Assembly (NCBI GenBank): GCA_002633005.1
Contig: NMRA01000657.1
Coordinates: 103,884-167,883, forward strand
DNA from: Phoronis australis
Taxonomy: Eukaryota; Animalia; Phoronida
DNA: 64,000 nt
Direction: 5' to 3'
Below are positions 25,101 through 37,672 of the stretch, in pieces. A program made the position numbers and the translations under genes. Position 1 is the first letter of the stretch. The number at the start of each line of letters is the position of its first letter. The notes beneath the pieces were generated by a model that was given only the letters and a program-made list of their open reading frames with translations, searched no databases and was not told where the DNA came from.

Positions 25101-26573
25101 GTCAGTGACAGCAAATGTCTAGACTTGACCAAGCGAGTACAGGTGTTGGGAAAAAATGGGAAACGAACAACAGGACAAGGGCATGGTCGAAAAAAGTTGA
25201 TGCCAATGTAACAACTGAATAACATTCCTATTATTTAGTGGACTAGACAGTGATCACCGTCTCTAATTAGCATTTCGTTTTGTTCAAAACTCAAACAGCT
25301 GCAGAAATCAGCAAGAATGGATGTCAGCAATCTCATTGCTCAGTCTAAAGATAGACAGAAACATGTACTAATTGATTGATTTGCCATCTGTTTCTAAGAA
25401 GCCAACAGCAGCAAAGAGTTAGTTGACCATGGGTATTCAGTATCTAAGGATTATCAACAATCCAACTCTTTCCTGTCAAACATGTCTAAAGATTCAACTG
25501 AGCAACTTGATCGGAAACTGTTGTTTAAAATCAGTACATCTTTGGATGCTCTTTGCAAGACTTCAGAAAAAAGTGTGCTTAGGCTTCCCATGAGGAACCT
25601 GGATGACACATGGGCTATCACTTCTGTTACTATGTATCATTCACTACATATCGGTATGACTAAGAATGAATTCACTGTAGCCACAATTCATGGGATACAT
25701 GTAGATGTTTGCCAGAAATCCTCAACTCTGTGCTGTACAGAGGCTATTGACTGCTACGTGCATTCGTCATCATGCGGGCAATTGTGTATGTTTGAACATT
25801 TTTCGGATGGCTCACATTTATAGCTTATAATTGTTTTTAACATATGTTTTTAGCAAAGGTGACATAGTTGATGATATTAATTAGATCGTTGATATATTAC
25901 ATTAATAATTCTCCACATTGAGACAGCCTCCTAAGTTCAGAACACAGAAATCATGGTTGAAATTAATTTTTTTCATCCTGAAGTTTGAGGCGTGAGTGAT
26001 TTGTGCTTTTCAAACTCCTAACGCTATGTTGTAGCATAACAGGTTTCAAGAATACTTCTGTAAGTTCATAAAAAGTGACTCTCGTGGCAAACATTTAATA
26101 AATTGTTACCATTCCCCTTAAGTTTCTGACTGACAGTTGTGTGAATTTCTAAAAATTGGGACAAGCTCCGACTTTGATCAAAATAATTATTCACTGTCCC
26201 AAACTAAAAAATTTTGCCTAATCAATTTTTGAAATTCAGTGTGTAGTTAACGGTAAAACTGATGTATGGCAGTTCTTGTTTACAAGAGGATCTGCTTTAA
26301 GAAAAAAGGTTGTAAAAGTGATGACAATTTATTGTTTAATTTTTGATCTTTAATGATGGTGTGGTAGTTTACACCAGCTATAAAAATGTATGTGACGAAA
26401 GGTAGAAATCATAGATGACAACAGATATCAATAGTCCATTTCAGTTAATGACTCTGAAGCAGATAATAGTGGCAGTACCCCTGTGGTTAAAGAGTCATGA
26501 CATAATGCTTTTGATTTCAAAATCTTGAGCGACTTTCTGATTTGTTAGCTATGAGTGTTTTTCACAAGAAATG

Positions 26574-26574
<1 letters not shown>

Positions 26575-26653
<79 letters not shown>
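26575..26653. repeat. (TG)n microsatellite
   Basis: About 39 units. Confidence 0.97.
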
Positions 26654-26654
<1 letters not shown>

Positions 26655-27967
26655 CTTAAAATCAGTTGCATAGTGAGTTAGTCACTGAATGGTCTCAGTG
26701 CTTAATATGCTTAAGGGGGTTTTGATCAAAGAATATTTTATTAGCTAGACTGATACATACCAAGGGAACTTGTGCCATGTGATAAATGTTATTGTTTACA
26801 TATGTTTTGGAAAAAAATAAATGGTTTAACGAGATAATGAAACGTTACAATTGTGTCTTTAGCATCTAACGTCAATTTATAATACAGGATTACTTTTACA
26901 TAAACATTTAAAATGTTATAGATTTTGGATTTCCTATATACAGTTAAGGTTAAGAAAGGATGCTTACATGATGTTCTTTGCACATTTGTTGCTTTGATAA
27001 CACTATCACTGATGGTCTTACTCTATCAAAAATCAAAAATTAAAGGGAAATTTTGACAGTAAAATCACCCGTGAAAATCTTATTTTAAGATGTGGATTTC
27101 CAACTCTGTCCCAATTTTTTTACTTCAGGGTGACCTAAAAGGCAGCTGCCGGGTTCCTTGTTAATACCTTGTTTTTGTGTTTCTTGGGAGGCATTTTTAT
27201 TTAGTGCTTCTGCATTGAATGAATTTATGTTTTTAATTATTTTTGGCAGCTTTCCCAGATTTCCGTAAAACTTCCAGGCTCATATTTGGAATTTCTGGGT
27301 ATAAGAAAAGGCATAAAAATTGGTGCTGTGAAACCTCAGTGTTGTGATACGAATAGATGTTATTGAAAGTATTTTTTGTCTGCTTTAAACTCACCATTCT
27401 AACGCAATGTGTCCTTCTTTGATTACCACAATTGCCACGTTGTAAGCTAATTCCTTGTTTTGGAAGCTAATTCCTTGTTTTGCAAGCGTTTCACACCATC
27501 ACTTATTGATGCCAGAGCCTAAGGGTTAGCATACACTACTTGATAATTTCCTTTAATTATATTACTAATTGGAAGACATAGGCAAATTTGGGGGACAGGG
27601 GCTGCCACAGCAACAGCGCGACGTGTGAGGAAATATAACTAGGACAGGTACTGGAGAAAGGGGGGGACTCACACCCCAAATCTACGCGGGCTCTCGTTCC
27701 CGTTTTTTATTTTTAAATTTTTTTAGTCCATAGATTTCCTGAACAGAAGCTTCATACTCCGGGCCCCCGTAATTTTCTGGACGCCTGTACACATACAATC
27801 GCGCTCTGCCCAATTCCCTGAGGCAACATATGTTGGGGTCCCACTTCTGGTCCCTGATCCGCCACTGGACTAGTACTAAAAAACGTCACCACTAGTTTCT
27901 TCATCATCAGCATCAACATCAATAATGTCTAGCAAAATATTGTTGTTATTCTGGTATTGTAATTAGT

Positions 27968-28240
27968 CATAGGCGGATTTAGGGGGGCAGGGGACCCCCT
28001 GGCTGATGTAAGCAAAATTAAACAGCAACAGCGTGAAGCGTGAAGAAATGTGGAGTTCACCAACAAGGAACAGGAAGCCCCGGAGAGCGGCGGAATCGTG
28101 TTGCAGTTTTTGGGGGGAACACCAGGTCACATCGCCGGCCCCCCCGCAACTTTCCGGGTAGCTGTGAATATAATCGCGCTTTGCCCAATTCTCCGAGGCA
28201 GCATGTTGGCCCCCCTTATGGTATCCTAGATCCGTCACTG
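27968..28240. mobile_element. MITE with CAxxGGCGGAT termini; related copy at 27577-27867
   Basis: Ends CATAGGCGGATTTAG and CTAGATCCGTCACTG; flanks TTAGT/TTGGT. Confidence 0.65.
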
Positions 28241-29140
28241 TTGGTGCCCGGCAAAGATCTACTAAAGTTTGGTGAACTACAGGGCTAATAAGCAAACAAA
28301 ATGCAGTTCAGTGTGGGAACGTCAAAAGCGCAATTAGTTGACCTGTCAACTGTGCTTCTTCTGATAGTTTTATTTTAATCGCAGTGAACCTTTTATGTTC
28401 TCTTAGTGATAACTTAACCGTTTCAATGATGTTTTTCGTTTTAAAATTGCTTCAATTAATACTACAGGAACTCCAATATCGTCCGCATTCGTCGCGATTC
28501 TATACTGGGGGATTCCATTGACAGGGAATTCCCCGAGTATGCATGACAAGGGAGATAAGTCTTTATTTTGATACATAAACGAGTCGACAAATACGGATTT
28601 TCTCATTTACAAGGATTATAATTACCATTTTTAAAATCTTAGTCCTAACTGCTTCAAAACTCATTCAAATTACAACAATGACGAAACGTTTTTCTGCGGT
28701 TTATTTGGCGCGGATACGAACCGATATGATCTCGCGAGATCCAGCCTCATCACCCGTTTATCGCGGTATTTTGTAAATGTGATGTGTCATATGTGAAAGA
28801 CTAGTCGCTAACCGACTGGAGCTACGTCTTTCGTGAAAATGAGGTTGCAGTTGTGGTCGTTTTTTATTCGAAGATACTTTTTGCTGCATTGCGAAATATT
28901 CACTCTGCTGCAGAGGTCGACAAACACCAGTGCAACAAAAATCTTAATTTTCTGTAATATGCATATAAAGATGGATATTTTGGATTTGGATGTCCGAGGA
29001 TTAAAATTTCTCAATAAGACATTATCCGTTTTAGTTCAGAAAAATACGCATTTGTGAGATTCTTGCTGGAACGTGTAGACTTTGATCACAGCTACAAAAA
29101 GCAATATCACTTGTGTGAGTTAAATACACTTAAAATATGT

Positions 29141-29656
29141 GACTCGCCGCATTGACAATTTAACTCTCAGAGGAGCGTCAGAATGTGAGCGTTGAAGTCA
29201 TGGATTCGAATCATTCTTGTGGATGATCTTAAATACACAAAAATTTTTGCCGATTATCGGGCTGTACTAAGAACTCTATTACTGGGTTATCAACTTGATC
29301 TCTTTTAGATGTTCCGTTTGTTTTGAATTTGCACAATGAAGGCAGGATGGCGGGTGCGGTTATTTTGTATTAGCTAAAATGTGCATGATCACTTTAANGA
29401 CTCGCCGCATTGACAATTTAACTCTCAGAGGAGCGTCAGAATGTGAGCGTTGAAGTCATGGATTCGAATCATTCTTGTGGATGATCTTAAATACACAAAA
29501 AATTTTTGCCGATTATCGGGCTGTACTAAGAACTCTATTACTGGGTTATCAACTTGATCTCTTTTAGATGTTCCGTTTGTTTTGAATTTGCACAATGAAG
29601 GCTGGATGGCGGGTGCGGTTATTTTGTATTAGCTAAAATGTGCATGATCACTTTAA
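29141..29656. repeat. 257-bp direct duplication across single N (29398), probable unmerged contig overlap
   Basis: 29141-29397 versus 29399-29656 differ by one substitution and a 1-bp indel. Confidence 0.85.
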
Positions 29657-29850
29657 TCTCGACATCACAGGTACGTTTCCAATACGCTCGTCCCACGCGA
29701 AATATCACTTCTCACCGGCTCACATTTACTACAAATTGTGATGGGGGGGGGGCTATTCTGCCTTTGTGTATCATTTCTAAATGACGCTCCAGCCTCGAAT
29801 CATACTGACCAGCACCACTTCAACCTTAATCAATTCTAAACAAAACTTAC

Positions 29851-30014
29851 TAAATGCCCCAGGTTGAAGTGCGTATGGTATAACATTGTTTGTCCACCTC
29901 TTACTCAATCGTCGAATGGCGTTTCTCCTCTGACGCTCACGTGCACTCAGCGTGTCACGACGACGCCTGCGGGCTTCTTCGAGTTCATCTCCGTCGTCTT
30001 CAAAGGGAATTCTC
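29851..30014 (-). CDS. Gene A exon 4, propeptide end, polybasic sites and mature N-terminus (EEARRRRRDTLSARERQRR|NAIRRLSKRWTNNVIPY)
   Basis: 164 nt, AAG acceptor, GTAAGT donor; RQRR|NA and WxxxxIPY typical of astacins; homologous to 58853-59016. Confidence 0.93.
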
Positions 30015-30761
30015 CTTCAACGAAAATACAACCATGTAGGCTCAGTTTTGTTGTGAAGGGAAACAATCCCTTTTCATTTCGTATTTACACATTATTTACA
30101 GAGCCTTGGATTCTTAACTGTTCAATACCGTTTTCATGCAATTTTTGCAGCCATGCACTCAACTGTAGACCTCTCGCTGTGAGTTTTGGGTGTTGGTAAC
30201 GTGCGGTTTGAAGACTGGTTTGCCTACTCAATTAGTGCATGGGGAAATCAAAATAAAGAAGCGTTCACATGCGGTCTGATCAGAAGGAAAATCGGACAAC
30301 CGTTTGAAAAGCAATTCACAGGCGTGTGATAATGGTTTGCATCATCCAAATTCAAATCAAACGGCAAATCTGACTTCTTATCATGAAAAACCTGCCTTCC
30401 AATGCCTTGAGTGGTTAGGGTCACTTGATTGGCCAAACAATGAATACTCTCACATGTTAGATGACAGATAGCACGCCTTCGTGATTGCTTGTCCAGGGTG
30501 TGTGATCTGCCCTCTGATAGGACGTCCCATATGCTATTTTACAATTAGTATGAACGCGGTAGTAGCTAAAAAGATACTACCCAGAATTCTTTTCAGTAGA
30601 CCTTAGTGACAAATTTTAGTCACACCTATCTGCGGTTAAGGCTACAACACAGCATAAAAGAGTACGGTTTGCTCTTCATAATTTTTATATCTACGGGAAC
30701 ACGTCAACATTAATAAAAACGCAAATCAGAAGATAGTTTTATAACTAAATCTTTTACTCAC

Positions 30762-30855
30762 TCTTGGCTGATTTCCATCCACTCCTCAGCGCTGAACAAC
30801 ATGTCGTATTCAAGTAAAACAACATTGTTATCTTGGAACATCTCGCTCATCTCGC
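30762..30855 (-). CDS. Gene A exon 3, propeptide (EMSEMFQDNNVVLLEYDMLFSAEEWMEISQE)
   Basis: TTGCAG/GTGAGT sites, 94 nt, homologous to gene B exon 60881-60974. Confidence 0.92.
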
Positions 30856-31871
30856 CTGCAAATGAATAACGTGAAAATGTACGAGGAGATCATTTTTGTG
30901 AACAATTTGGGAGATTCCTTGCCGTAAATCTTACTGAATAGCGGCGTATTTCATTGCGTTGTTTGACGGTTGTTGACTTGTAAATGCCCCCTGACATCAC
31001 TGAAAATGTGTAGACGTGTATAAATCCGAGTTGTGTTCCGTAGACGAAGGAGCATAGCGAGTAAAGGATCACGTTTTCCGCTTGGAATGTATCGGATTCT
31101 GCGTTTCCACGAGTATTTTTTAGTCTTCGGACAGTTTGTCCCTTGTTTTAGGTGGTGAGATTTTACTTCAACTAGACCGGATGGGGCGTGTCTGGATAAT
31201 TTTTCATTTTACTATAGTTGTTTTATCGCGCTTTCACCAAAAGCATGTTGCAATGTAGTCGGTAAGCCTATCCTTAAATAGGGTGGGAAATCTGCACACT
31301 GAAAGTGTAGAATCAAATGCCATACACATCGCAGTCCAATTGCACGTCAAACACTAACGGGCACGCGTCGAATTTGTGATTGCGTGAACACACTTATCTA
31401 ACGAAATAATGATGCAGAGAATGTAACTGCACGGAAATATACCCCTTCGAATGAACTTTTTCTCGCAAAGATTCGGCGTTTCACTTTTCGCTTGTCACTC
31501 TACCATTTGTTTTTTATTCTACCGGTGAAGTCGTGGAATAAAGCATTCACTAGGGTCACTGGGTGGCATTCGGGTCACTACATGACGTCATTAGGTCAAA
31601 AACTAAGGGTAGAAGATGGCAGACGATTTGATTCGCTGTTTTTGGAGGAACGTAAAAAGAGGTGAAATGTGACCAGTATGAAAGTTGGCGGTTTATTAAA
31701 CGTGCAGCCCCGTGGGAAAAAAATTATTGGGAGGCACAAGCCATTTCGACTTCGCCAAATAACTCCTCCATCGCCACAGCTCCGCCACCCCCCCCCCCTC
31801 CCCCCATCCCCCCCTTCGCCGCCGTCCTCCCGATGCCACCATATTTGTACCGAATCTCCCACGTGGGGAGA

Positions 31872-32020
31872 CAAGGTGGCGGGTTTAGGGGGCCAAGGGG
31901 CAAGGCCAACCCAAAATTCCATTTGGCAGTTTGGAGTGCATATTTCTTACTGGTAAAACTCCGGCTAATACTCTGCCCTGCCTACCTCCCCCCAAACTCA
32001 AAATCTTGGATCCGCCCCTG
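31872..32020. mobile_element. MITE, inverted relative of 55255-55411
   Basis: Shared core ATTCCATTTGGCAGT and GGCTAATACTCTGCCCTG; end GGATCCGCCCCTG; flanks GGAGA/GGACA. Confidence 0.7.
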
Positions 32021-33739
32021 GGACAATCCCGGGTATCCTGCCAATAAGAGTTGAGTAACCGTGAACCAGCACGGAGGGTAATGATGGGCCTAGGACATGT
32101 ACACTGACCGGCAGCGAGGAGCTGCTTCAAGTAGTTATAGCTGAGATCTAACAGTGTGAAAATACGAAATTCTCGATGAACTAAAGCTAGTTGCTGGTCA
32201 GCTCAACTATGATTCACTTGAGACAGGTAGCTTAGATAGTAACGGCCGTCTGCGTTCACTCTAAAGCCAAGATTCGTTTTACATTTTGGGGAAATATGTA
32301 TGTAATTATCGTCATTCTTTGAAGGTTTTTTGAAAAGATGAGGCCTTCAAGTCCCTGGTATAGTGCCTTTGGAGCTGTTTCAAAATCCTTACTACCGGTA
32401 GTTCAGTTTCTGATGGCTGGGAAAAGGATAATGTGTCCCAAAAATGAACGCAATTCCTGAACGCCTGCAGTTGAAATTCAGTTCCTGTGGATCATTGAGA
32501 ATCTGTGTGGCCCGCTGCATGCGTACATCTTATTTTTAATGTGAGTACGTCAGTGATGACGTGCACGTGAATCAGGGCAAGCAATCAGTTTTGATGAACA
32601 AAAAAATCATTTCTCAATACTGCTGGAAACTTAAACCACCAAGGAAGTGCAAACTGACGGGTAATCGGGGGAATATGGGAGATGGGACATTCGTATTGAG
32701 GTGTAATTCTGTTCATTTCAGAGGTAGCTATAACTGTTCACGATGTAAACTTGAACTCCACTGACAAAAATAACACTGAAATCTTTGTTTATAATTGCGG
32801 GAGTTTTCTGAGTACCCCTTTCAACATGTGAACGATCATTCATATAGTAGTCTATACAACAGTGTTTTCCACATGTGGGAATTCCTTACAAACAACTCAT
32901 AGTAGCTATTTTCAAGAGATGCTATTCTTGTGATACTAAGGGAAACAGTAACGTTATTTTATAACTAACCATGAGAAAAAGTTCTGTTGTGTTATTCACA
33001 ACTAGTGGTCTTCACGTTCTTCAAAATTCCACATTTACGATGGCGGCAATCCTACTGCATTTTTTTCTAATTTTTGGTTGCTTAACTCGGATTGCTGTGC
33101 TGTGCACGAATGTTTTGTGTGTATATTTTTTGATGAATTTGGAATCTCAGCTTCCCTCGTGAATACTTAGTGTCGGATTTACGTAACAAAGGGACATTTA
33201 CCCCGAACTGCTCCACCGAGAGAGGGTACCGTCTGAAATACCTTAAGATGAAAGGCTAAACATCATAAAGCTTAGAAAAAGAGCAACACTTCATTCCACC
33301 GTCGTGTGGTCACAAAACGATGCAGGGAGTGACCTCCTTCAACATGAAAGCCAATTGCACGCTTTCACAAAAAACAGGAAAATAGAGGTAAAGGATTCCA
33401 ACGTTGGCCCCTTAAGAATGTTGTCAATAAAAACACAAAAAGGTGGCCACTTGAATGTCATCAATGGCCTTCTCCCAGGGCGATTCGCCTAATTATGAAA
33501 ATGCTTATATTTTTATATTTTTGCGCAGCATTTGATGTTATCTGTCAGGTCATATACTGTTTCGAGAAAAAAGCTTGGGGAAAGTTGTCTCCGTTACCCC
33601 TGGCCAGAAAGGGGCCTCTGGAAAAATATAGTTTTGCATTTGCAAAGTTGATTGATAGAATTTAAACATCCACTAAATTAGTACGCTGCGAAAAAACTTC
33701 AAAAATTTTCTCTAGTTTTCGAAGTATATGGTTGGGTGT

Positions 33740-33991
33740 AGACAACCTGTGCTGCAAAATCGGATACCCTAACGACAGCGTCCTGGCCAGGCTCCTCAAA
33801 AGGTAAACCATGCACTTGTTAAATGTTCTCTTGAATTTTCTCTCTTATCCGTATTTTGCAGTCTTCCTTTTCTCGAGTGTCCCGTGCACCACGGCTATGT
33901 CGGTTGCCACAGTTTAACCCAGAGGCCTGATTTTTTTTGGAGGGCTCGTGCCCCCCCCCCCCCACCCATGCCCCCCGCTTCCTACGGCCCT
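33740..33991. repeat. Interspersed repeat with hAT-like end CTTCCTACGGCCCT; similar end at 27-41
   Basis: Homology to 7150-7406; poly-C tract followed by a terminus resembling CTTCCTACGGGCCTG at the window start. Confidence 0.65.
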
Positions 33992-34781
33992 TACGTGTGA
34001 AGGGAATTTTGATGGTTTATATCCACTTCACCAAGAGGTGTAAAGCCCTCCGGTGGATCTTCTGCTCTCTTTAAGAGCTAGTTGCAATGAACCTGTTCAT
34101 TCAATAATTGTCTGTTTTTACAAGTAACCAAGATCTCTACGGTGTCACCGAAAGTTTCCTAGCAGACAACCGTCACTCAATGCATGTAAAAACAAACATC
34201 AACGACGTAAATGAAATTCCCTGAATTGACATTTTACGGACATTGACTGAATAGTTTTTCACGTGAAAATTAGAAATTGCCATGGTTCGTTTCCCTAGGT
34301 ATGCGTAATAGAAGCCGTTCATGAAATAGGTCACCTGGAATCGCTGTTTTCCGATTGCGTGAGAAGGTGCAAACTGATGATTTGGTAAAACGGAACCCGA
34401 GTTGCACGACCTGGTAGCCCATTTTTCGGCTTTTGATACGGGTTACAATGCAGGACACTAAATAAGGTTTGAGATAATATCAAAGCGCGTGAAAGGATCT
34501 AGATCATAATCATTTTGCTTTCTTTTCAGGGAATAACGAGCACAGTATGTAATCACAGAAACAGCCGTCCCATGCAAAAATTTGACCACTCCAATAAAAT
34601 TTCAGGCCAGATCTCCTTTCCAACTGAAAGTTGCAGAAAACGATTCAAACATAGCACAGAATTTAAGTCCAGTTTGATGGAAACAAATTGGCATGTACAT
34701 GTATTAAATAATAGTTGCGTAAGAAGAACCGCTTTATTTTATAAATAACGATTGTGCTCTTAACTTTAGAGTAAGACATAC

Positions 34782-34842
34782 TTGTTTCCATGGCTTGCAA
34801 AATCATCTGGTCAATTGTCTGTCCTTGGCAGCCTATCCATGC
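34782..34842 (-). CDS. Gene A exon 2 (AWIGCQGQTIDQMILQAMET), end of signal peptide and start of propeptide
   Basis: Acceptor TTTTCTTCAG, donor GTATGT; phase 0/1 fits exons 1 and 3; CQG|Q is a plausible signal-peptidase site. Confidence 0.75.
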
Positions 34843-37558
34843 CTGAAGAAAATAAGTTTATCAAAAAATCAAACGTTTACAATATAATGTTTCTACTTTA
34901 CAACGTGCGAGGTTTACCGCATATATTTTTCTCTCACTTACGATCTAAGCACGACAATTACGATTTAGCCACAAACGCTAACAAGTTGGTCACCACAACA
35001 AAGTTATAGACCAGTAGCCATCAATGGGCTCCTTATTTTCAAGGCATCGCTGTTCAGTGGCGGATCCTGGATATCATAAGGGGGGCAACATTTTGTAGAC
35101 AATCGCACAAATCGGTTGAGGAGCGTAGCGCCGAATGAGGGGAGGTCTTGAGGGGGGGTTCCCCCTTCTACACAAGGAAATGTTTTGTTTTCGCCTCAGA
35201 AAACAATCATTTTCCTTAATTTCTGAAGTGTATTCAGACCACGACGGTTCTACTTTGACCAGATCGCTATGTGCGATTAGCGCGGCAAAATTCCACGACC
35301 CAGATCGCATTCTGGAATCTGACGTCCCCACACAGTAAATTTTCAACTCGTCAAGTTGCCACAAAAAGCGCCGTTGATTCTAGAATTTCACCTGCTTTAC
35401 ATTTTACCAGCGGCTTCTGTTTCTTCATCGTCACTCGGCTTCCGTTTCCTTTGTATCGGTAATTTTCTTCATTGCACAGTGGGACAGATTACGGAAACGG
35501 AGTGGTAGCATGGAGTGTACGAAGAACTGGAGAGTTCACTCCGCCATTTTGCCATTTGCCGCAAAGGTTATCGGTCGAAAAACTAACGTTCCAAGCGGTG
35601 AATAAGCAACACTAATTTAGTGGCGCAGTCCAAACCATGTAAACACTGACTTTAATGGCGTTCGACGTGCTAAAAAATTACTGTGCGATTGAACTGGGTA
35701 AAACTGACATCCATTTATAATCAAATGAGAATGAAAATGTGTGTTTTAATCATTATTAAAGTGTATTTGCTTTCATTCTCGTGAGGCTCCCTTCAAATGC
35801 AATCACGGTTTTGTTCATGTTTGAGTTCTTAATAAGGCAAATTGTCGTTCCTTATAAAGTTTCATACCTCCATGGACTACATAATGTTAATGATTGCTCC
35901 TGGGGGTTGAAAGGGGAGTTGCCCTCAGGTGCTAGCAAAGAGGTACAAGGGAGGAGTGCAAACCAGGTGGGTGCAAATGGCCACATGTTGACCCCATCCC
36001 AGGGGCCGGGGTAAATGGGAGGAGTGCTAAGCAGGTAAAAACCACTGGGGTATGCCACATGAGTGTTGACCTCTCCCATCGTCACAAATTATGGTTGTTC
36101 CCCTGACCATTGGCAACATGTTCTGAGGTGGTGATAAGATTTGGCCCTCGTTTTGTGCATGACCCCAAGGACTTCTGCTTGTAATGACTGATGGTTGTCA
36201 TACCCCAGTACCACCCTGGGTGTTTTCCATCTTTTCATTACATGTCAGGCCTCCCAGCTCACTGCTGCACGTCCACCCAACAAATCTGAATGTGTTCCCT
36301 GTTGAATGCGCCAGGCAGACAATTGGTTTGTGCAGTAAGTGTGACGTAACACAAGTAAGAACAAGAAAGCAAGACAATTCATCACTGCCAAAACACTGTA
36401 CTCCATTTTGATGCTCCCTCACATACAATTTTAGTAGACGTACATTGACAACAAAGTGTCTGCAGAAGGCAGAGCGTTGCCAGTTCAGTAGCCTACACTG
36501 CAGACAGCGGCACCCTGACTGCGATTGACTTGTCTTCCAACCGTGAACATAACACACAAAACGAAAGACAATGTATCATATTTATTTATTAGATAACAAA
36601 TAATTCTTACCATTCTGAATCCTTTGGAATCGTAAAAAATGACACGTCTGGGGTTTTCGAAGATGAGTTAAGGCAATTAATTGCGCTGCAATTGTTTTCG
36701 CACTTCATGACCGTTGCTTATTCACCAATTGGCGGCGCTAGTAGTAGCAATAACAGGGAACTCACAAGTGATCTCTCTAGTATACTACACTCCTTGGTGG
36801 TAGTGCACAGCACCACTGCCGGTCGCCGGGGGTATCACGTGCATATCGACCGGGAGCGGCACCACTTAGTCATAGTTACCGTTACGGTTGCTTCGGTTGT
36901 CTCTTAATCGGATACTTGAAATCGGGTGTGAGGGTGTGAGCCCCCCCCCCACACACACACGCGCACGCGCAAACTAAAACAACGCCCATTGTCAAATCTT
37001 GTTTGGGCGGTATAATATTAATTACTGGGGTTAATTAATTATTTCGTTACGGTTTGGCTCCTTTATTTTTTGAGGCCGCCAAGGAAAGAGGGGGCTATGC
37101 TGTTGTATGAAGCGCTATCTAAAATTGAAATTGAATTGATGTAAAAATCAACAGCTTAAAACATCATTTATAAAATTGCTGCAGCGTATTTCAGATGTTA
37201 TCTTGAATAAAAAGATAGTTTTCATAAAAGATACCAGTTTTGCAATGAACCTAGTTCCCTTTTTGCACAATTTAGCTTCTGTAAAAAAACATCGTTCGGT
37301 CTCTTGACTCCATCACATGCAGAGTGGTATTTATATGTAATTCAAAGTTTGATGCTTCACGCTTTCTCTGCTTTCAGAGAATGTGTGCTTTTGACAGAGT
37401 TTTAAATTCTAAATACTTGGCAAAATGCGAAAACTCTCAAAGCGTTAAACAAGATCTTGCATAACTTTGTGACACGAATTGTCTTTCCGATTAACCTCTT
37501 GCTGTTCTGTAGTGTAAGTCATTTCCACAGAAGAACTAAGATCACGAAATAAACTCAC

Positions 37559-37612
37559 CTGAAATACTATCATACAAACGCACGAAATTGTCCAAAGGGC
37601 TGTGGAAGCCAT
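37559..37612 (-). CDS. Gene A coding exon 1, signal peptide MASTALWTISCVCMIVFQ
   Basis: ATG in AGAAATGG context, hydrophobic peptide, donor CAG|GTGAGT (phase 0), TATA box about 55 nt upstream of ATG. Confidence 0.8.
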
Positions 37613-37664
37613 TTCTGCAGAACGGCCTTTCTCTCGCTTCTACAGATGATTGTTTTCAAGGGAG

Positions 37665-37672
37665 TATTTATA
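37665..37672 (-). promoter_or_regulatory. Candidate TATA box (TATAAATA) of gene A
   Basis: Canonical motif 53 nt upstream of the ATG on the coding strand. Confidence 0.6.

Larger units (their letters stand above)
1163..37612 (-). other. Gene A model: secreted astacin metalloprotease with EGF-like module, poly-Gly linkers and at least 2 ShKT domains (3' end outside window)
   Basis: Ten GT-AG exons (54,61,94,164,185,204,130,171,192,168 nt) join in one stop-free frame of 474 codons with compatible phases; exon sizes match paralogue B where comparable. Confidence 0.93.

Noticed and set aside
29141-29656. Biological tandem duplication
   Set aside because: The copies abut a single N and differ at two sites, typical of unmerged allelic contig ends.
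31596-32130. Gly/Pro-rich overlapping ORFs as an extra poly-Gly exon
   Set aside because: Derived from C homopolymers and a MITE; no counterpart seen in gene B; exons 2 and 3 already join in phase.
35781-36557. Higher-GC stretch with several short ORFs in gene A intron 1
   Set aside because: No recognisable motif or consistent frame; cannot be assigned without a search.
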